A stretch of 63,519 bases of DNA, the filler included, from Olpidium bornovanus S191 (Eukaryota > Fungi > Olpidiomycota), in NCBI GenBank assembly GCA_017911155.1. It is 25 parts of 25 records of this genome, joined end to end, with 100 filler letters (N's around TTAATTAATTAA, not from the genome) between each part and the next. Parts side by side here need not be neighbours in the genome. Positions count along the whole stretch, not along the records: positions 61,303 to 62,402 come from JAEFCI010004299.1; positions 62,503 to 63,519 come from JAEFCI010006400.1; 23 more parts are not named here. The stretch is one strand, 5' to 3'. Below, piece after piece: positions 62,307 through 63,519 of the stretch. The notes under the pieces were generated by a model. It saw only the letters and a program-made list of their open reading frames with translations, was not told the DNA's origin and made no database searches. A program made the translations under genes and the position numbers. The number at the start of each line of letters is the position of its first letter. The stretch's first letter is position 1.

Positions 62307-62895
62307 GTACGCCTCCGGGACCTTCATTCTGCGGACTTGCGTGGCTGCGCTTTAAGCGACAGAACGACAAAAGAAAATAATCAACGGATTGAAACGCACA
62401 GGNNNNNNNNNNNNNNNNNNNNNNNNNNNNNNNNNNNNNNNNNNNNTTAATTAATTAANNNNNNNNNNNNNNNNNNNNNNNNNNNNNNNNNNNNNNNNNN
62501 NNAAAAAAAAAAAAAAAAACAAACAAATAATAATGATTCTTCGCCGCGAAAAACGCCACGTCGCCGCCCACGTCGCCGCCCATCAGCCCCGAAATCCGCC
62601 TATTTCGCAACCTTCCTTTCCTGTCGACGCCCCAGTCAACCGGAATCGTTCTCGGAGCCAAGTCGCCACCCCCACCCACGATTAGTTGCCGCCCTGTGTG
62701 GCATGTCCGTCCGATGACGTGTATGAGCGTGTCCAATCAGAAGCTTGCATACCGCGGTTGGTTAAACCTCTGACAGATTAAATAAAGGGCTGTCGTGAGC
62801 TAGAAATATTGAATGCGTAACTCCGCTCTTTCCCCTCGTCAGCCGTTCGCTTTCGTCTCCGTGTGCCTCCCGGTGGCATGTCAATGCCTGCGTTA

Positions 62896-62948
62896 GCGGT
62901 TCCAATCAGACGGCGGTTCCAATCAGACGGCGGTTCCAATCAGACGGC
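62896..62948 (+). repeat. 17-bp tandem repeat x3 containing CCAAT
   Basis: gcggttccaatcagacg at 62896, 62913, 62930. Confidence 0.93.
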
Positions 62949-63519
62949 TTGCATACCGCAATTGTCCGAGCATCTGACAAATCAGATTCGTCAAAGGCCG
63001 GTCGGGAGTTAAAAACATTAAATGCATAATTCCGATATTCGCCCTTGTCAGTCGTTTCCCCTCGTCTTTGAGAAAGTCTTTCTCTTCAGGGGGTAAGACG
63101 AACTGGCTATATATTAGCTATTTATCGATATTTTTCTTAAAGCGGTGAGTACGCTCGTTTGTCGCCGTGCACCGGCTTTTCGATATTATTCTTAAAGCGT
63201 TTGTCGCCGTTGCACCAGCCTTTCGGCGCACAAAGAAGCTTTCCGTTCCACATATCCTTGGCGAAAACGCTGCCGTCACTCTTCGCTCACCGCGGCCCAA
63301 GCCGGCCTCTTGTGCTTCTTGTCACAATTTTTTTTTTTTTTTGCCACAGTTGCGGTTCCCCCTAGTGGAAGAACCTAAATTGCAGTTAGCTGTGATTTCC
63401 TGAGTAGACATAGCATTTGCATAGTAAGGAACACCGCTAGCTCCCTAGTCCTCGCGGTCTTCCAGGCGTCCACCGCTTCTCCCGCGGCGATAATCGCAAC
63501 TGAGCATTCCCACCCATGA

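Overview
This is not one continuous locus. It is about 25 short contigs (about 1-5.6 kb each) of a GC-rich, intron-containing eukaryotic genome, joined by artificial 100-nt linkers (Ns + TTAATTAATTAA + Ns), so adjacency across linkers means nothing. The genes look fungal (Kch1-type, DUF3712, Myo2, Msn2-like, Mdj1, Pfs2, Egd1, Apt1, Rrp7). A radial spoke protein 3 fragment, an AP-4 epsilon subunit, a Pol-theta-type helicase and a possible CatSper auxiliary subunit point to an early-diverging, flagellated (zoosporic) fungus; an Olpidium-like organism is a guess I cannot verify. Also present: a (CCCTAA)n telomere end, copia and gypsy LTR retrotransposon pieces, pogo-like transposase relics and many tandem repeats. 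The most unusual contig (55584-61202) is an intronless, decayed virus/Polinton-like island with a protein-primed-type family B DNA polymerase, a PrimPol-like AEP primase relic and a small CxxC..CxxC protein. Two RNA-level signals stand out: a textbook -1 frameshift cassette in a gypsy gag-pro junction and a Tf1-like self-priming LTR/PBS arrangement. All protein assignments come from motif recognition by eye, not database searches.
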